This document shows, piece after piece, positions 10,361 to 20,444 of a stretch of DNA of 32,000 nucleotides (the first letter of the stretch is position 1; each line of letters opens with the position of its first letter). Source of the stretch: Candidatus Profftella armatura (GTDB lineage: Bacteria > Pseudomonadota > Gammaproteobacteria > Burkholderiales > Burkholderiaceae). Location: positions 300,001-332,000 of the forward strand of contig NC_021885.1 in assembly GCF_000441555.1 (NCBI RefSeq). The letters run 5' to 3'. Position numbers and translations under genes: made by a program. The notes below the pieces were generated by a model, which was not told where the DNA came from, did no database searches, and saw nothing but the letters and a program-made list of their open reading frames with translations.

Positions 10361-12163
10361 TTAAAATTTATTTTTTTTATCTATCTTTAATATCGCTAAA
10401 AAAGCTTCTTTAGGTATCCCAACAACACCTATTTGTTTTAAATTTCTTTTTCCTGCTTTTTGTTTTTCAAGTAATTTTTTTTTTCTACTAATATCTCCTC
10501 CATAACATTTTGCAAGTACATTTTTTCGTAAAGATTTTACATTTTCACGTGCAATAATATTTGATCCAATAGTGGCTTGAATAGTTACATCAAACATTTG
10601 TCTTGGTATTAATTCTTTCATTTTATCTACTATAGCTTTTCCTTTGTGTCTACTATTAATTCGATGTGAAATACTCGAAAGAGCATCAATTTTTTCATTA
10701 TTTATTAATATATCAAGCTTAACAACATCAGAAGATCGATATTCTTTAAATTCATACTCCATAGAAGCAAAACCATGAGAAATAGATTTTAAAGTATCAA
10801 AAAAATCAAATATTATTTCGGACATAGGAATTTCATATGTTAATTTTACATGCATACCATGATAATCTATATTAATTTGTATACCTCTTCTATGGATACA
10901 TAATTTCATAATAACCCCAACATATTCTTTTGGTGTATATAAATTAATTATAACAATTGGTTCCTGAATTTCTAAAATTTTAACTGTTTCTGGTATTTGA
11001 GAAGGATTATCTATCATTAATATAGTATTATTTTTCATTAAAACCTTGTAAATTACAGTTGGGGCAGTAGTAACTAAATCAATATTAAATTCTCTTTTTA
11101 ATCTTTCTTGAACTATTTCCATATGTAATAAACCAAGAAATCCACAACGAAATCCAAAACCTAATGCTTGAGATTTTTCTATATTATATTTTAATGCTGA
11201 ATCATTTAATTTAAGTTTTTCTAATGATTTTTTTAAGATATTAAATTCATTATTTTTTAATGGAAATAATCCAGAAAATACTTGTGGTTGAACTTTTTTA
11301 AATCCTGGTAATACATTTAAAGATGGAAAGTTTGCTGATGTTATAGTATCTCCAACTTTTGCTATTTTTACTTCTTTAATTCCAGCCACAATAAAACCAA
11401 CTTGTCCCGCTGATAATGATAAACATTGATATGATTTTGGAGTAAAAATTCCGATATTCTCTACTAAATGCTTTGTACCATTGGACATTAATAAAATTTT
11501 TTCTTTAATATGCAATTTACCATTAATCACACGAACCAACATTACTACACCAACATAATTATCAAACCATGAATCAATAATTAAAGCTTGTAAAGGAGCA
11601 TTAATATTACCTTTAGGATACGGAATTCTATAAATTAAATTTTCTAATATTTCTAAAACACCAAAACCAGTTTTACCGGAACAAAATATTGCGTTTTTAG
11701 AATTAATTCCAATTATATTTTCTATTTCTAAAAGAGTATTATTTATATTTGCATTAGGTAAATCAATTTTATTTAATACCGGTATTACTTTAACATTCAT
11801 GTCAATTGCCATATAACAATTCGCAACAGTTTGAGCTTCAACTCCTTGAGTTGCATCAATTAATAATAGAGCTCCTTCACATGCAGATAATGAACGATTA
11901 ACTTCATAACTAAAGTCAACATGACCAGGTGTATCTATTAAATTTAAATTATAAATTAAACCATTTTTTGCTTTATATGATAAAGCGGCGGTTTGGGCTT
12001 TTATAGTAATTCCTCTTTCTCGTTCAATATCCATAGAATCTAAAACCTGAGATTCCATTTCTCGAGTAGATAATCCTCCACAAATTTGAATAATACGATC
12101 TGCTAATGTTGATTTTCCGTGATCAATATGAGCGATAATAGAAAAATTTCGTATATTTTTCAT
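10361..12163 (-). CDS. lepA: elongation factor 4 (LepA)
   Basis: The 600-aa ORF has GTPase motifs ([21 protein letters not shown]) and a LepA-specific C-terminal domain (..[20 protein letters not shown]). Confidence 0.97.
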   Translation of the reverse strand: MKNIRNFSIIAHIDHGKSTLADRIIQICGGLSTREMESQVLDSMDIERERGITIKAQTAALSYKAKNGLIYNLNLIDTPGHVDFSYEVNRSLSACEGALLLIDATQGVEAQTVANCYMAIDMNVKVIPVLNKIDLPNANINNTLLEIENIIGINSKNAIFCSGKTGFGVLEILENLIYRIPYPKGNINAPLQALIIDSWFDNYVGVVMLVRVINGKLHIKEKILLMSNGTKHLVENIGIFTPKSYQCLSLSAGQVGFIVAGIKEVKIAKVGDTITSANFPSLNVLPGFKKVQPQVFSGLFPLKNNEFNILKKSLEKLKLNDSALKYNIEKSQALGFGFRCGFLGLLHMEIVQERLKREFNIDLVTTAPTVIYKVLMKNNTILMIDNPSQIPETVKILEIQEPIVIINLYTPKEYVGVIMKLCIHRRGIQINIDYHGMHVKLTYEIPMSEIIFDFFDTLKSISHGFASMEYEFKEYRSSDVVKLDILINNEKIDALSSISHRINSRHKGKAIVDKMKELIPRQMFDVTIQATIGSNIIARENVKSLRKNVLAKCYGGDISRKKKLLEKQKAGKRNLKQIGVVGIPKEAFLAILKIDKKNKF

Positions 12164-12196
12164 TTTTTTTATTTTTTAGAAAATTATAAATATTAA

Positions 12197-13456
12197 TTAT
12201 AGTAATTTTACTCGGATAAACTTACGTTTTCCAACTTGTAATACAAAAGTACCACTATTTAATTGTAAATTTTTATCACTAATTATAACTCCATTAACGC
12301 GAATTCCCCTTTGCTCAATCATTCTTAGTGCGCTAGAAATAGAGGGACATAAGTTAATTTTTTTAAGTAAATTTCCAATATAAAATGGTGCACCATGTAT
12401 TTCTAATTCCGGAATATTATCTGGAATCTCACCTTTAGAACGTTTTATAAAATCATATAAAGCATTTTTAGCCGCAGATTTTGAATGAAAACGAGTTACA
12501 ATTTTTTTAGCTAAAATAATCTTAAAATCACGAGGATTTTTTCCGGCAATAATTTCTGTTTTAAAATTAGAAATAGTATTTAAGGAATATTTAAGTATTA
12601 ATTCATAATAACGCCACATCATTGAGTCAGATATGCTCATTATTTTAGCAAACATAATATTACTCGGCTCAGTAATACCAATATAATTATCTTTGGATTT
12701 TGACATTTTCTGAATTCCATCTAAACCCTCTAATAATGGCATTGTTAAAGTACATTGGGGTTCTTGAAAATAATTTCTTTGTATTTCTCTAGCAATTAAT
12801 AAATTAAATTTTTGATCTACTCCTCCTAATTCAAGATCAGATTTTAATGCCACTGAATCATAACCTTGAATTAGAGGATATAAAAATTCATGTATTGAGA
12901 TTGATATTCCATTTTTATATCTTTTTGTAAAATCATCTCTTTCCATCATACGAGCTACATTATAACAAGATGTTAATTTAATAATATCTTTTGCACTTAA
13001 TTTATTACACCATTTAGAATTATAACAAATCTTAGTTTTTTCTATATCTAATATTAAAGAAATTTGTGAAAAATAAGTTTGCGCATTAAAATTAATTTGT
13101 TCATCTGTTAATAATGGACGAGTAATATTTTTTCCAGTTGGGTCACCAATTATTGCAGTAAAATCTCCAACTAAAAAAATTACCTGATGACCTAGATTTT
13201 GTAATTGATGCAATTTATCTAAAACTATAATATGTCCCAAATGTATATCAGGACTAGTTGGATCAAATCCAAGTTTAATACGTAAAGGTTTATTTGTATT
13301 TTCAGAACGTATTAATTTTTTTATAAGCTCTTCTTCCAATAATAATTCTTTAGTGCCATTTTTAATTATTTCTAATGAATTAAATATTTTATCAGATATA
13401 AGAAAAGGTTTTATTGAAGAGTTATTTTTAATTTTATATTTTAATTTAGAATTCAT
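12197..13456 (-). CDS. tyrS: tyrosine--tRNA ligase (type 2)
   Basis: The 419-aa ORF has HIGH as DIHLGH, KMSKS present, GFDPTSPDIHLGH..VGDFTA.IGDPTGK typical of the TyrZ/type-2 enzyme, and a C-terminal S4 domain. Confidence 0.95.
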   Translation of the reverse strand: MNSKLKYKIKNNSSIKPFLISDKIFNSLEIIKNGTKELLLEEELIKKLIRSENTNKPLRIKLGFDPTSPDIHLGHIIVLDKLHQLQNLGHQVIFLVGDFTAIIGDPTGKNITRPLLTDEQINFNAQTYFSQISLILDIEKTKICYNSKWCNKLSAKDIIKLTSCYNVARMMERDDFTKRYKNGISISIHEFLYPLIQGYDSVALKSDLELGGVDQKFNLLIAREIQRNYFQEPQCTLTMPLLEGLDGIQKMSKSKDNYIGITEPSNIMFAKIMSISDSMMWRYYELILKYSLNTISNFKTEIIAGKNPRDFKIILAKKIVTRFHSKSAAKNALYDFIKRSKGEIPDNIPELEIHGAPFYIGNLLKKINLCPSISSALRMIEQRGIRVNGVIISDKNLQLNSGTFVLQVGKRKFIRVKLL

Positions 13457-13678
13457 TCATAATAATTTAGTTATTTTTAAAAAATTTTTTATTAATAATT
13501 TTTATCACATTTTTATATAAAATTTTAAAAAATTTTTGTGTATTAATAGTTTAAAATTATTTAATTATTCATTTGAAAATTAAATTGATATAAATTTAAA
13601 TTTATTATACCCTAAGAATTAATTAATAAATTTTTTTAAATATATAAAAGAGAAAAATTTTAAATTTATTACATAAAT

Positions 13679-14179
13679 ATGACTTTATTACCTATTATTT
13701 ATTATCCAGATATACGTTTAAAAAAAATAGCAGAACCGATTACAAAGTTTGATATAAATTTAAAAAAAATAATTTTTAATATGACAGAAACTATGTATCA
13801 TGCTATGGGAATTGGTTTAGCTGCTTCACAGGTTGATATACATAAACAATTATTAATATTAGATATTTCAAAAAATAATAATCAATTACAGGTTTTTATA
13901 AATCCAAAAATTATATGGTATAGCAAGGAAAAACAAATTTATAATGAAGGTTGTTTATCATTACCTGGGATATTTAATAAAATAAAACGATCTAAACGTA
14001 TTCGAGTACATGCATTAAATATTGAAGGAAAAATGTTTGAAATAATAGCTGAAGGATTGTTAGCAATTTGTTTGCAACATGAAATAGATCATTTAAATGG
14101 AAAAATATTTATTGAATATTTATCTAATTTTAAAAAAGAAAGAATTATAAAAAAATTTTTGAAAAATATTAAAAAATAA
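13679..14179 (+). CDS. def: peptide deformylase
   Basis: The 166-aa ORF has all three Def motifs: GIGLAASQV, EGCLSLPG and QHEIDHLNG. Confidence 0.96.
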   Translation: MTLLPIIYYPDIRLKKIAEPITKFDINLKKIIFNMTETMYHAMGIGLAASQVDIHKQLLILDISKNNNQLQVFINPKIIWYSKEKQIYNEGCLSLPGIFNKIKRSKRIRVHALNIEGKMFEIIAEGLLAICLQHEIDHLNGKIFIEYLSNFKKERIIKKFLKNIKK

Positions 14180-14197
14180 AATTTAAATTTTATAAAA

Positions 14198-15373
14198 TTA
14201 TAAACGATGACTTCGATCGTATCGTAAAAATTTATTAGGAAATTTTATATATTTACCTAATACTAGTATTTTAAATAATTCTCCCATCTCTCCTAAAGAA
14301 ATTAATTTTTTTACACTATTGGTTTTTTTTAAATATTGTAAAATATTATTTTTAAGCATAAATTGAGATAAAATACTACAAATACCAGAATTTATTAAAA
14401 ATCCAGATTGACTTGTGTAATTTAATAAATCTAATCCGTTATCAGTTGCTATTTTTGCAATTGCTGTAAAATCAATATGAGAAGTTATATCTTGTAAACC
14501 AGGTAAATAAAATGGATCAAAATGCATATTATGTTTATAATGACACATCAAAGTCCCTTGAGATCTTTGATCTAAATAATATTCATGAGATGGAAATCCA
14601 TAATCTATCAACAAAATTAATACACTATTATTTTTTGATTGATTTTTTTTGTTATTTATTAATGTTTTTGCTAATGATTTTATAAATTTTATAGCAACTG
14701 AATGTATTTCTGTTAAATATCCAATTGGAAGAAATTTTGCATTAGTTATTTGTTTAATAAAATTTAAATCACAAGGACGATCTTTAAATACAAATTTTCC
14801 TTTTTTTTTATTATTAATCCATGTAACGCCTCTTTCATACCAATAATTTATACCTTTTCTTACTAAAGATACTGGCATAGCATCTAATACTTCATTTAAT
14901 ATAATTAAACCAGAAAAATTCTTTGGACAACTATTCAGCCATTCTACATTTGTAAAATTAATTAACATTTTTTTTTGTCTATTACGCAATTTAGGAGATA
15001 TTTCAATAATAATATATTTTTTAAGTTTAATATTAAATAAACTAAATGCAGTAAGAATATCTTTAGCTAATTTTCCACTACCAGATCCAAATTCTATTAT
15101 TATAGGTTCAGTTTGTTCAAAAATTTCTATTGCTAATTTAGTTAATGTTATACCAAAAAATGATGAAATTTCAGGTGCTGTTGTAAAATCACCATGTTCA
15201 CCGAATTTAATAGAATTATTATTATAATAACCTAGATTTTTTTCATATAAAGCTAGTTCCATATATCGTTTAAATGAAATCCAACCATTTTTTTCGTATA
15301 TATCTTTTATAATTAAATTTTTTAATAAATTAGAATGAAATATATCCTTATTAGAGATAATAGTATTATGCAT
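14198..15373 (-). CDS. class I SAM-dependent methyltransferase, MidA/NDUFAF7 family (Methyltransf_28, formerly DUF185)
   Basis: The 391-aa ORF shows the family pattern ..ISFKRYMELALYEKNLGYY..GDFTTAPEIS.FFG.., a SAM-binding EFGSGSGKLAKDIL, and NEVLDAMPV. This is assigned from motif memory, not a profile search. Confidence 0.8.
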   Translation of the reverse strand: MHNTIISNKDIFHSNLLKNLIIKDIYEKNGWISFKRYMELALYEKNLGYYNNNSIKFGEHGDFTTAPEISSFFGITLTKLAIEIFEQTEPIIIEFGSGSGKLAKDILTAFSLFNIKLKKYIIIEISPKLRNRQKKMLINFTNVEWLNSCPKNFSGLIILNEVLDAMPVSLVRKGINYWYERGVTWINNKKKGKFVFKDRPCDLNFIKQITNAKFLPIGYLTEIHSVAIKFIKSLAKTLINNKKNQSKNNSVLILLIDYGFPSHEYYLDQRSQGTLMCHYKHNMHFDPFYLPGLQDITSHIDFTAIAKIATDNGLDLLNYTSQSGFLINSGICSILSQFMLKNNILQYLKKTNSVKKLISLGEMGELFKILVLGKYIKFPNKFLRYDRSHRL

Positions 15374-15479
15374 TTTAAAAATTTAAAATTTTAGATAATT
15401 TTTATTAATATATTAGATATTAGAAATTTTAACATTAAAAAATAATATTTTAAATATATTAGAAATTTTATAAAAATAG

Positions 15480-15543
15480 TAAAATAAACAACAAATTAAT
15501 ACATAATTTATTAAAATAAACAACAAATTAATACATAATTTAT
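15480..15543. repeat. perfect tandem duplication, 2 x 32 bp
   Basis: TAAAATAAACAACAAATTAATACATAATTTAT occupies 15480-15511 and is repeated exactly at 15512-15543. The flanking bases differ on both sides, giving exactly 2.0 copies. It lies in the divergent spacer between the MidA-like and Mth938-like genes. Confidence 0.95.
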
Positions 15544-15744
15544 AAATGGAATTTATAATTAACACCCTCTATAAACACTCTGTAATTCATAAATTACGTG
15601 TAAATTTAATTATACTAATAATATTAAAATTATACAATCTTTTCTAAAGAACATGAAACCTATCTAAAATTAATTACTTTTATGTTATATTTTGTTTGTA
15701 TAAAACTATTAAAATTTAAATTATAATTAAATCAATATAAAAAA

Positions 15745-16119
15745 ATGGAATTAAAAAAAATTATAAATACAAAACATCAAACTATTGTTGCTTATACTAA
15801 TTATGGTGTTAAATTTAGAAACGGAATTTTTTATACAAAAAGTTTTTTAGTATCACCAGAAATAGATCCTATTTTTTGGTCTATAAATAAATATAATTTT
15901 CTTACTAAAAAAGATTTTATTCATATTTCTAAATTTAATCCAAGTGTAGTAATTTTAGGAACTGGTAATATTCAACATTTTATTCATCCAAAATTAACTT
16001 ATATTTTAACTCAAAAAAATATTGGAATTGAATGTATGAATAATCAAGCGGCATGTCGTACTTATAATATTTTAGTATCTGATGATATTAAAGCAATGTT
16101 AGCTCTTATTTTAGATTGA
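15745..16119 (+). CDS. Mth938-like / NDUFAF3-like domain protein (DUF498)
   Basis: The 124-aa ORF shows the family pattern ..P.VVILGTG..Q.F..P.L...L....IG.E.M....ACRTYNIL..D....A.L. in its C-terminal half. This is assigned from motif memory. Confidence 0.75.
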   Translation: MELKKIINTKHQTIVAYTNYGVKFRNGIFYTKSFLVSPEIDPIFWSINKYNFLTKKDFIHISKFNPSVVILGTGNIQHFIHPKLTYILTQKNIGIECMNNQAACRTYNILVSDDIKAMLALILD

Positions 16120-16129
16120 AAAATAATCA

Positions 16130-17488
16130 TTAAAAATTATTAAATTTAGTATATTGACCAGAAAAAGTTAGTCTAATATTACCAATTGGACCATTACGCT
16201 GTTTACTAACAATAATTTCGGCAATACCTTTGTCAGCTGAATTTTGATTATAAACTTCATCACGATATATAAATAAAATAACATCAGCATCTTGTTCAAT
16301 GGCACCAGATTCACGTAAATCTGACATTATAGGACGTTTATTTTGACGTTGCTCTAAAGAACGATTTAATTGTGATAAAGCAAGTATTGGGCAATTAATT
16401 TCTTTAGCTAATCCCTTTAAATTTCTGGAAATTTCAGAAATTTCAGTTGCTCTATTTTCTCCTCTAGAATTTGCGGACATTAATTGTAAATAATCGATTA
16501 TAATTACACCAATTTTTCCACATTGTCTAGATAAACGTCTTGAATTTGCTCGTAATTCTATTACATTTAAAGATGGGGTTTCATCAATATATAATTGAGA
16601 TTTATTAATTTTTTTAATTGAATCATTTATTCTTGGCCAATCATCACTAGAAAGACGACCAGTTCTTAATTTATGTTGATCTAATTTTCCAACTGAACCA
16701 AGCATTCTCATAGCTAATTGAATTCCACTCATTTCCATTGAAAATATAGCAACAGGTAATTTATTTTCAATTGCAATATGCTCTCCTATATTGAGAGAAA
16801 AAGCAGTTTTCCCCATAGAAGGTCTTCCTGCAACAATTATTAAGTCTCCAGGTTGTAATCCAGATGTTATTTTATCAAGTTCAAAAAAACCAGTTGAAAT
16901 ACCAGTAACATCATTATCATTAGTACCCCTATTATGTAATTTATTAATACGTTTTATAACCCGATTTAATAATGGTTGAATTTGTTGAAAACCTTTATTT
17001 ATACATATTTCTTTTTCTGCAATTGAAAAAATTTTTGATTCTGCTTCATCTAATATTTGTTTTACTTCTTTCCCTCTAGAAATAAAAGCTTGACTAGATA
17101 TTTCATCAGTAACTGTGATTAATTTTCTTAATATTCCTCTATCTCTAACTATTTCAGCATAACGTCGAATATTAGCGGCTGATGGTATATTTTGCGCTAA
17201 AGAATTTAAATAAGATAAACCTCCTATTTCTTCAGCATTACCAGTATTGGATAATGAATCAAATACAGTAATAACATCCGCTGGATGTGATGAATTAATT
17301 AATTTTATAATATGTTTAAAAATTAATCTGTGATCATAACGATAAAAATAATCTGAATTTAAACAATCTGCAATTTTATCCCAAGCAGTATTATCAAGTA
17401 ATAATCCTCCTAAAACAGATTGTTCTGATTCAATAGAATGCGGTGGTACACGAAATTTTTTATTTTCAGTATTAAATGGTACAAGCAT
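16130..17488 (-). CDS. dnaB: replicative DNA helicase DnaB
   Basis: The 452-aa ORF begins PPHSIESEQSVLGGLLLDN in the N-terminal domain. It has Walker A (GRPSMGKTAF), Walker B (IIIDYLQLM), and ..ALSQLNRSLEQR....P..SDLRESG.IEQDAD. Confidence 0.97.
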   Translation of the reverse strand: MLVPFNTENKKFRVPPHSIESEQSVLGGLLLDNTAWDKIADCLNSDYFYRYDHRLIFKHIIKLINSSHPADVITVFDSLSNTGNAEEIGGLSYLNSLAQNIPSAANIRRYAEIVRDRGILRKLITVTDEISSQAFISRGKEVKQILDEAESKIFSIAEKEICINKGFQQIQPLLNRVIKRINKLHNRGTNDNDVTGISTGFFELDKITSGLQPGDLIIVAGRPSMGKTAFSLNIGEHIAIENKLPVAIFSMEMSGIQLAMRMLGSVGKLDQHKLRTGRLSSDDWPRINDSIKKINKSQLYIDETPSLNVIELRANSRRLSRQCGKIGVIIIDYLQLMSANSRGENRATEISEISRNLKGLAKEINCPILALSQLNRSLEQRQNKRPIMSDLRESGAIEQDADVILFIYRDEVYNQNSADKGIAEIIVSKQRNGPIGNIRLTFSGQYTKFNNF

Positions 17489-17700
17489 ATATACTAATAT
17501 TAATTTAGAAATAATTTTAAAAATTTATTTTTTATTATTTTTTTTAAATTTTAAAATTAAGTTATTATAAATAGTTATTTAATTTAAAAAATAAAATATT
17601 TTTTTGAATTATTTTTTTGTTTTATTATAAACGTATGGTTATTTTCAATACTTAAACAATTATAATTGTTATTTATTTAATTTTTCAAGAGAGTATATAT

Positions 17701-18045
17701 ATGCGTCATTATGAGATTATATTTATCGTTCATCCAGATCAAAGTGAGCAAGTTCCAGATATGATTGAGCGTTATAAAAAAATTATAATTTCCGGAAAGG
17801 GGAAAATACATCGCTTAGAAGATTGGGGGCGTCGATCTTTAGCTTATCAAATAAAAAAAGTAATAAAAGCACATTATATATGTTTTAATATAGAAATTAA
17901 TAAAAAAACTTTATTGGAAATTGAAACAAGTTTTAGATTTAATGATGCAATTTTAAGATATTTAACAATAAAAACTAAAAAAGTTGAAACTGAAGAATCA
18001 TCTTTTTTAAGATTTATTCAGAAAAAAGAAAGTGATCAAAAATAA
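17701..18045 (+). CDS. rpsF: 30S ribosomal protein S6
   Basis: The 114-aa ORF begins [18 protein letters not shown]....ERYK......G.IHR.EDWG.R.LAY.I.K...AHY. Confidence 0.95.
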   Translation: MRHYEIIFIVHPDQSEQVPDMIERYKKIIISGKGKIHRLEDWGRRSLAYQIKKVIKAHYICFNIEINKKTLLEIETSFRFNDAILRYLTIKTKKVETEESSFLRFIQKKESDQK

Positions 18046-18116
18046 TAAATTTTTAATTTTTTTATTTAAGATAATATAATAAAATATTTTTTATAAAATA
18101 ATAAGAGGTTTTAAAA

Positions 18117-18401
18117 ATGATATTTGGCAAAAAAAATAATAAAAATAGATTTAAACAAAAACGTCAACAACAAAATCCACTTTTTAAAAGAAAAAAATTT
18201 TGTAGATTTACCGTAATGAACATTAAACAAATTGATTACAAAGACATTGAAACATTAAAAGATTTTATTCAAGAAAATGGAAAAATTATGGCAGCCAGAT
18301 TAACAGGAACATGTTCTCATTATCAACGCCAGGTTGATAAAGCAATTAAACGCGCTCGTTTTTTAGCGTTATTGCCGTATACTGATTTACATAATAGATA
18401 A
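18117..18401 (+). CDS. rpsR: 30S ribosomal protein S18
   Basis: The 94-aa ORF contains ..[15 protein letters not shown]....IDYKD..TLKDFI.ENGKI..ARLTGT...YQRQ...[15 protein letters not shown]. An SD (TAAGAGGT) lies 7 nt upstream of the ATG. Confidence 0.95.
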   Translation: MIFGKKNNKNRFKQKRQQQNPLFKRKKFCRFTVMNIKQIDYKDIETLKDFIQENGKIMAARLTGTCSHYQRQVDKAIKRARFLALLPYTDLHNR

Positions 18402-18418
18402 CTTTTATAAGGAAAAAT

Positions 18419-18874
18419 ATGCAAGTTATTTTATTAAAAGATATTCCTAATTTAGGAAAATTGGGTGAAATTATAAAAGTAAAAAATGGTTATGCACGTA
18501 ATTTTTTAATTCCAAAAAATAAAGCTCGACATGCAACAAAATTTGTTATTAAAGAATTTGAAGAAAAACGTATTAAATTAGAAAAAACTGCTTTTACAAT
18601 TTTTTTAAATGCTAAAAAAATAGGAGAAGAAATTAAAAAGTTAAATATAAATATTATTAAAAAATCTGGGGTTGATGGAAAATTATTTGGTTCTGTAACT
18701 AATTCTGATATTGTCAAAGAACTTGAAAAAAAAGGATTAAAAATAGAAAAAAATAAAATTAAATTACCAAATAATTCAATTAAAAAAATTGGAAATTATT
18801 ATATAGATATACTATTACATAGTAAATTAAAAATTAATAAAATGATTTCTGTTTCTAGTGAAATAAAAACTTAA
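18419..18874 (+). CDS. rplI: 50S ribosomal protein L9
   Basis: The 151-aa ORF begins MQVILLKDIPNLGKLGEIIKVKNGYARNFLIPK.KA, the canonical L9 N-domain. An AAGGA motif lies upstream. Confidence 0.95.
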   Translation: MQVILLKDIPNLGKLGEIIKVKNGYARNFLIPKNKARHATKFVIKEFEEKRIKLEKTAFTIFLNAKKIGEEIKKLNINIIKKSGVDGKLFGSVTNSDIVKELEKKGLKIEKNKIKLPNNSIKKIGNYYIDILLHSKLKINKMISVSSEIKT

Positions 18875-18930
18875 AAATTATAAAAATTAAAATAACTATA
18901 TTATAAAAACATTTAAAAATTATTTAATTT

Positions 18931-20385
18931 TTGGCACAAAAAATTATGATAGATGGAAATTCTACTTTTCTTTGGTATGATTATGAAACATTTGGTTTAA
19001 ATGTTAGAAGAGATAGGCCATTTCAGTTTGCCGCAATTCGAACTGATATTATGCTTAATACAATTGATAATCCAATTATGTTATATTGCAAACCAGCTCC
19101 TGATTTTTTACCTGATCCAAGGGCTTGTTTAATTACAAAAATCACCCCTCAATTTTGCTTAAATAATGGTATACCAGAGTATAAATTTGCATCTATTATT
19201 GAAAAAATTTTTTTAAAACCAGGTACGATTAGTGTTGGTTATAATACAATTTTGTTTGATGATGAAATTACTCGATTTATGTTTTGGAGAAATTTAATTA
19301 ATCCCTATGAAAGAGAATGGAAAAATAATTGCAGTCGCTGGGATTTAATTAATGTAATAAAAGCTTTTTATGTATTAAGTCCATATGGAATAACATGGCC
19401 ATATAAGAATAATGGTAAACCAAGTTTTAAATTAGAGCATTTAAGTTTTGTTAATAATTTATCACACAAAAAAGCCCATGATGCTTTATCGGATGTTCGT
19501 GCTACATTAGGTTTAGCTAGATTAATACGTAATAATAATCCTAGATTGTTTAATTTTATTTTATCATTACGAAAAAAAAAATATGTTTTAGCGGAAATAG
19601 GATGGCCAATTGCTCGTCCATTTTTTTATATTACTCATATGTTTTCTTCTAAACATAGTTATATTTCTCTTATGTGGCCTATTTGCATACATCCAATGAA
19701 TAAAAATATATTAATTACTTGGAATTTATTACATGATCCTAAAAAATTTTTATTAAATGATATTAATAAAATTCGAGATTATTTATGTTTTAAAAAGAAT
19801 TCTTTCAAAGAAGATATACCAATAAGCATGATTCATCTAAATAGATCACCAATAGTAATTAGTAATTTAAAAGTATTATCATCAAATTTAATGTTTCGTT
19901 ATAAATTCGATTTAAATTGTGCTTTTAAGAACATAAAATGTGCCTCATCTATATTAAATAATACTTATATTTGGAAGAAAATTTTTTTAGATTATAAAAT
20001 AAATAATTCTGATTTAGAATTAAATATTGATGAGGAATTATATAATAATTTTATTAGTAAAAAAGATAATTTTAAATTAGCTATTTTAAGATCCATGTCT
20101 CCTAAAAAATTATCTAATGTTAATTTTTGTTTTGAAAATAAAAAATTAGAAGAGTTAATTTTTCTTTATCGAGCAAGAAATTTTATAGAAACATTATCTT
20201 ATAAAGAATTAAAGCGCTGGAAGAAATATCGTATTTCTCGATTTTATAATAAAAAAAATAATCTTTATAACATAAATATGTTTTATTTAGAAATAGAATC
20301 TTTATTAAAAAAAGCAAATGAACATGATACAAAAATATTAAATGCATTATTGATGTATGGAAAAAGTATTACTCAAAAAATATGA
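18931..20385 (+). CDS. sbcB: exodeoxyribonuclease I
   Basis: The ORF matches E. coli SbcB along its whole length: TFLWYDYETFG....DRP.QFAAIRTD, GYN...FDDE.TR..F.RN..DPY, SRWDL..V, H.AHDALSDV.AT, and LFLYRARNF near the C-terminus. The track start is TTG at 18931. An in-frame ATG at 18946 is the more likely start. Confidence 0.93.
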   Translation: MAQKIMIDGNSTFLWYDYETFGLNVRRDRPFQFAAIRTDIMLNTIDNPIMLYCKPAPDFLPDPRACLITKITPQFCLNNGIPEYKFASIIEKIFLKPGTISVGYNTILFDDEITRFMFWRNLINPYEREWKNNCSRWDLINVIKAFYVLSPYGITWPYKNNGKPSFKLEHLSFVNNLSHKKAHDALSDVRATLGLARLIRNNNPRLFNFILSLRKKKYVLAEIGWPIARPFFYITHMFSSKHSYISLMWPICIHPMNKNILITWNLLHDPKKFLLNDINKIRDYLCFKKNSFKEDIPISMIHLNRSPIVISNLKVLSSNLMFRYKFDLNCAFKNIKCASSILNNTYIWKKIFLDYKINNSDLELNIDEELYNNFISKKDNFKLAILRSMSPKKLSNVNFCFENKKLEELIFLYRARNFIETLSYKELKRWKKYRISRFYNKKNNLYNINMFYLEIESLLKKANEHDTKILNALLMYGKSITQKI

Positions 20386-20444
20386 TGATTAATAATTTAA
20401 TTAATTTTTATATTATTTTTTCTTAAATTATTGATAATTTTATT

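Noticed and set aside
15374-15744. Direct repeats in an A/T-rich spacer near dnaB, considered as iterons or a replication origin.
   Set aside because: I found no DnaA-box-like 9-mers (TTATCCACA / TGTGGATAA) here or elsewhere in the window. There is no dnaA, dnaN or gidA context and no strand-bias switch. The repeats are better explained as a local slippage duplication.
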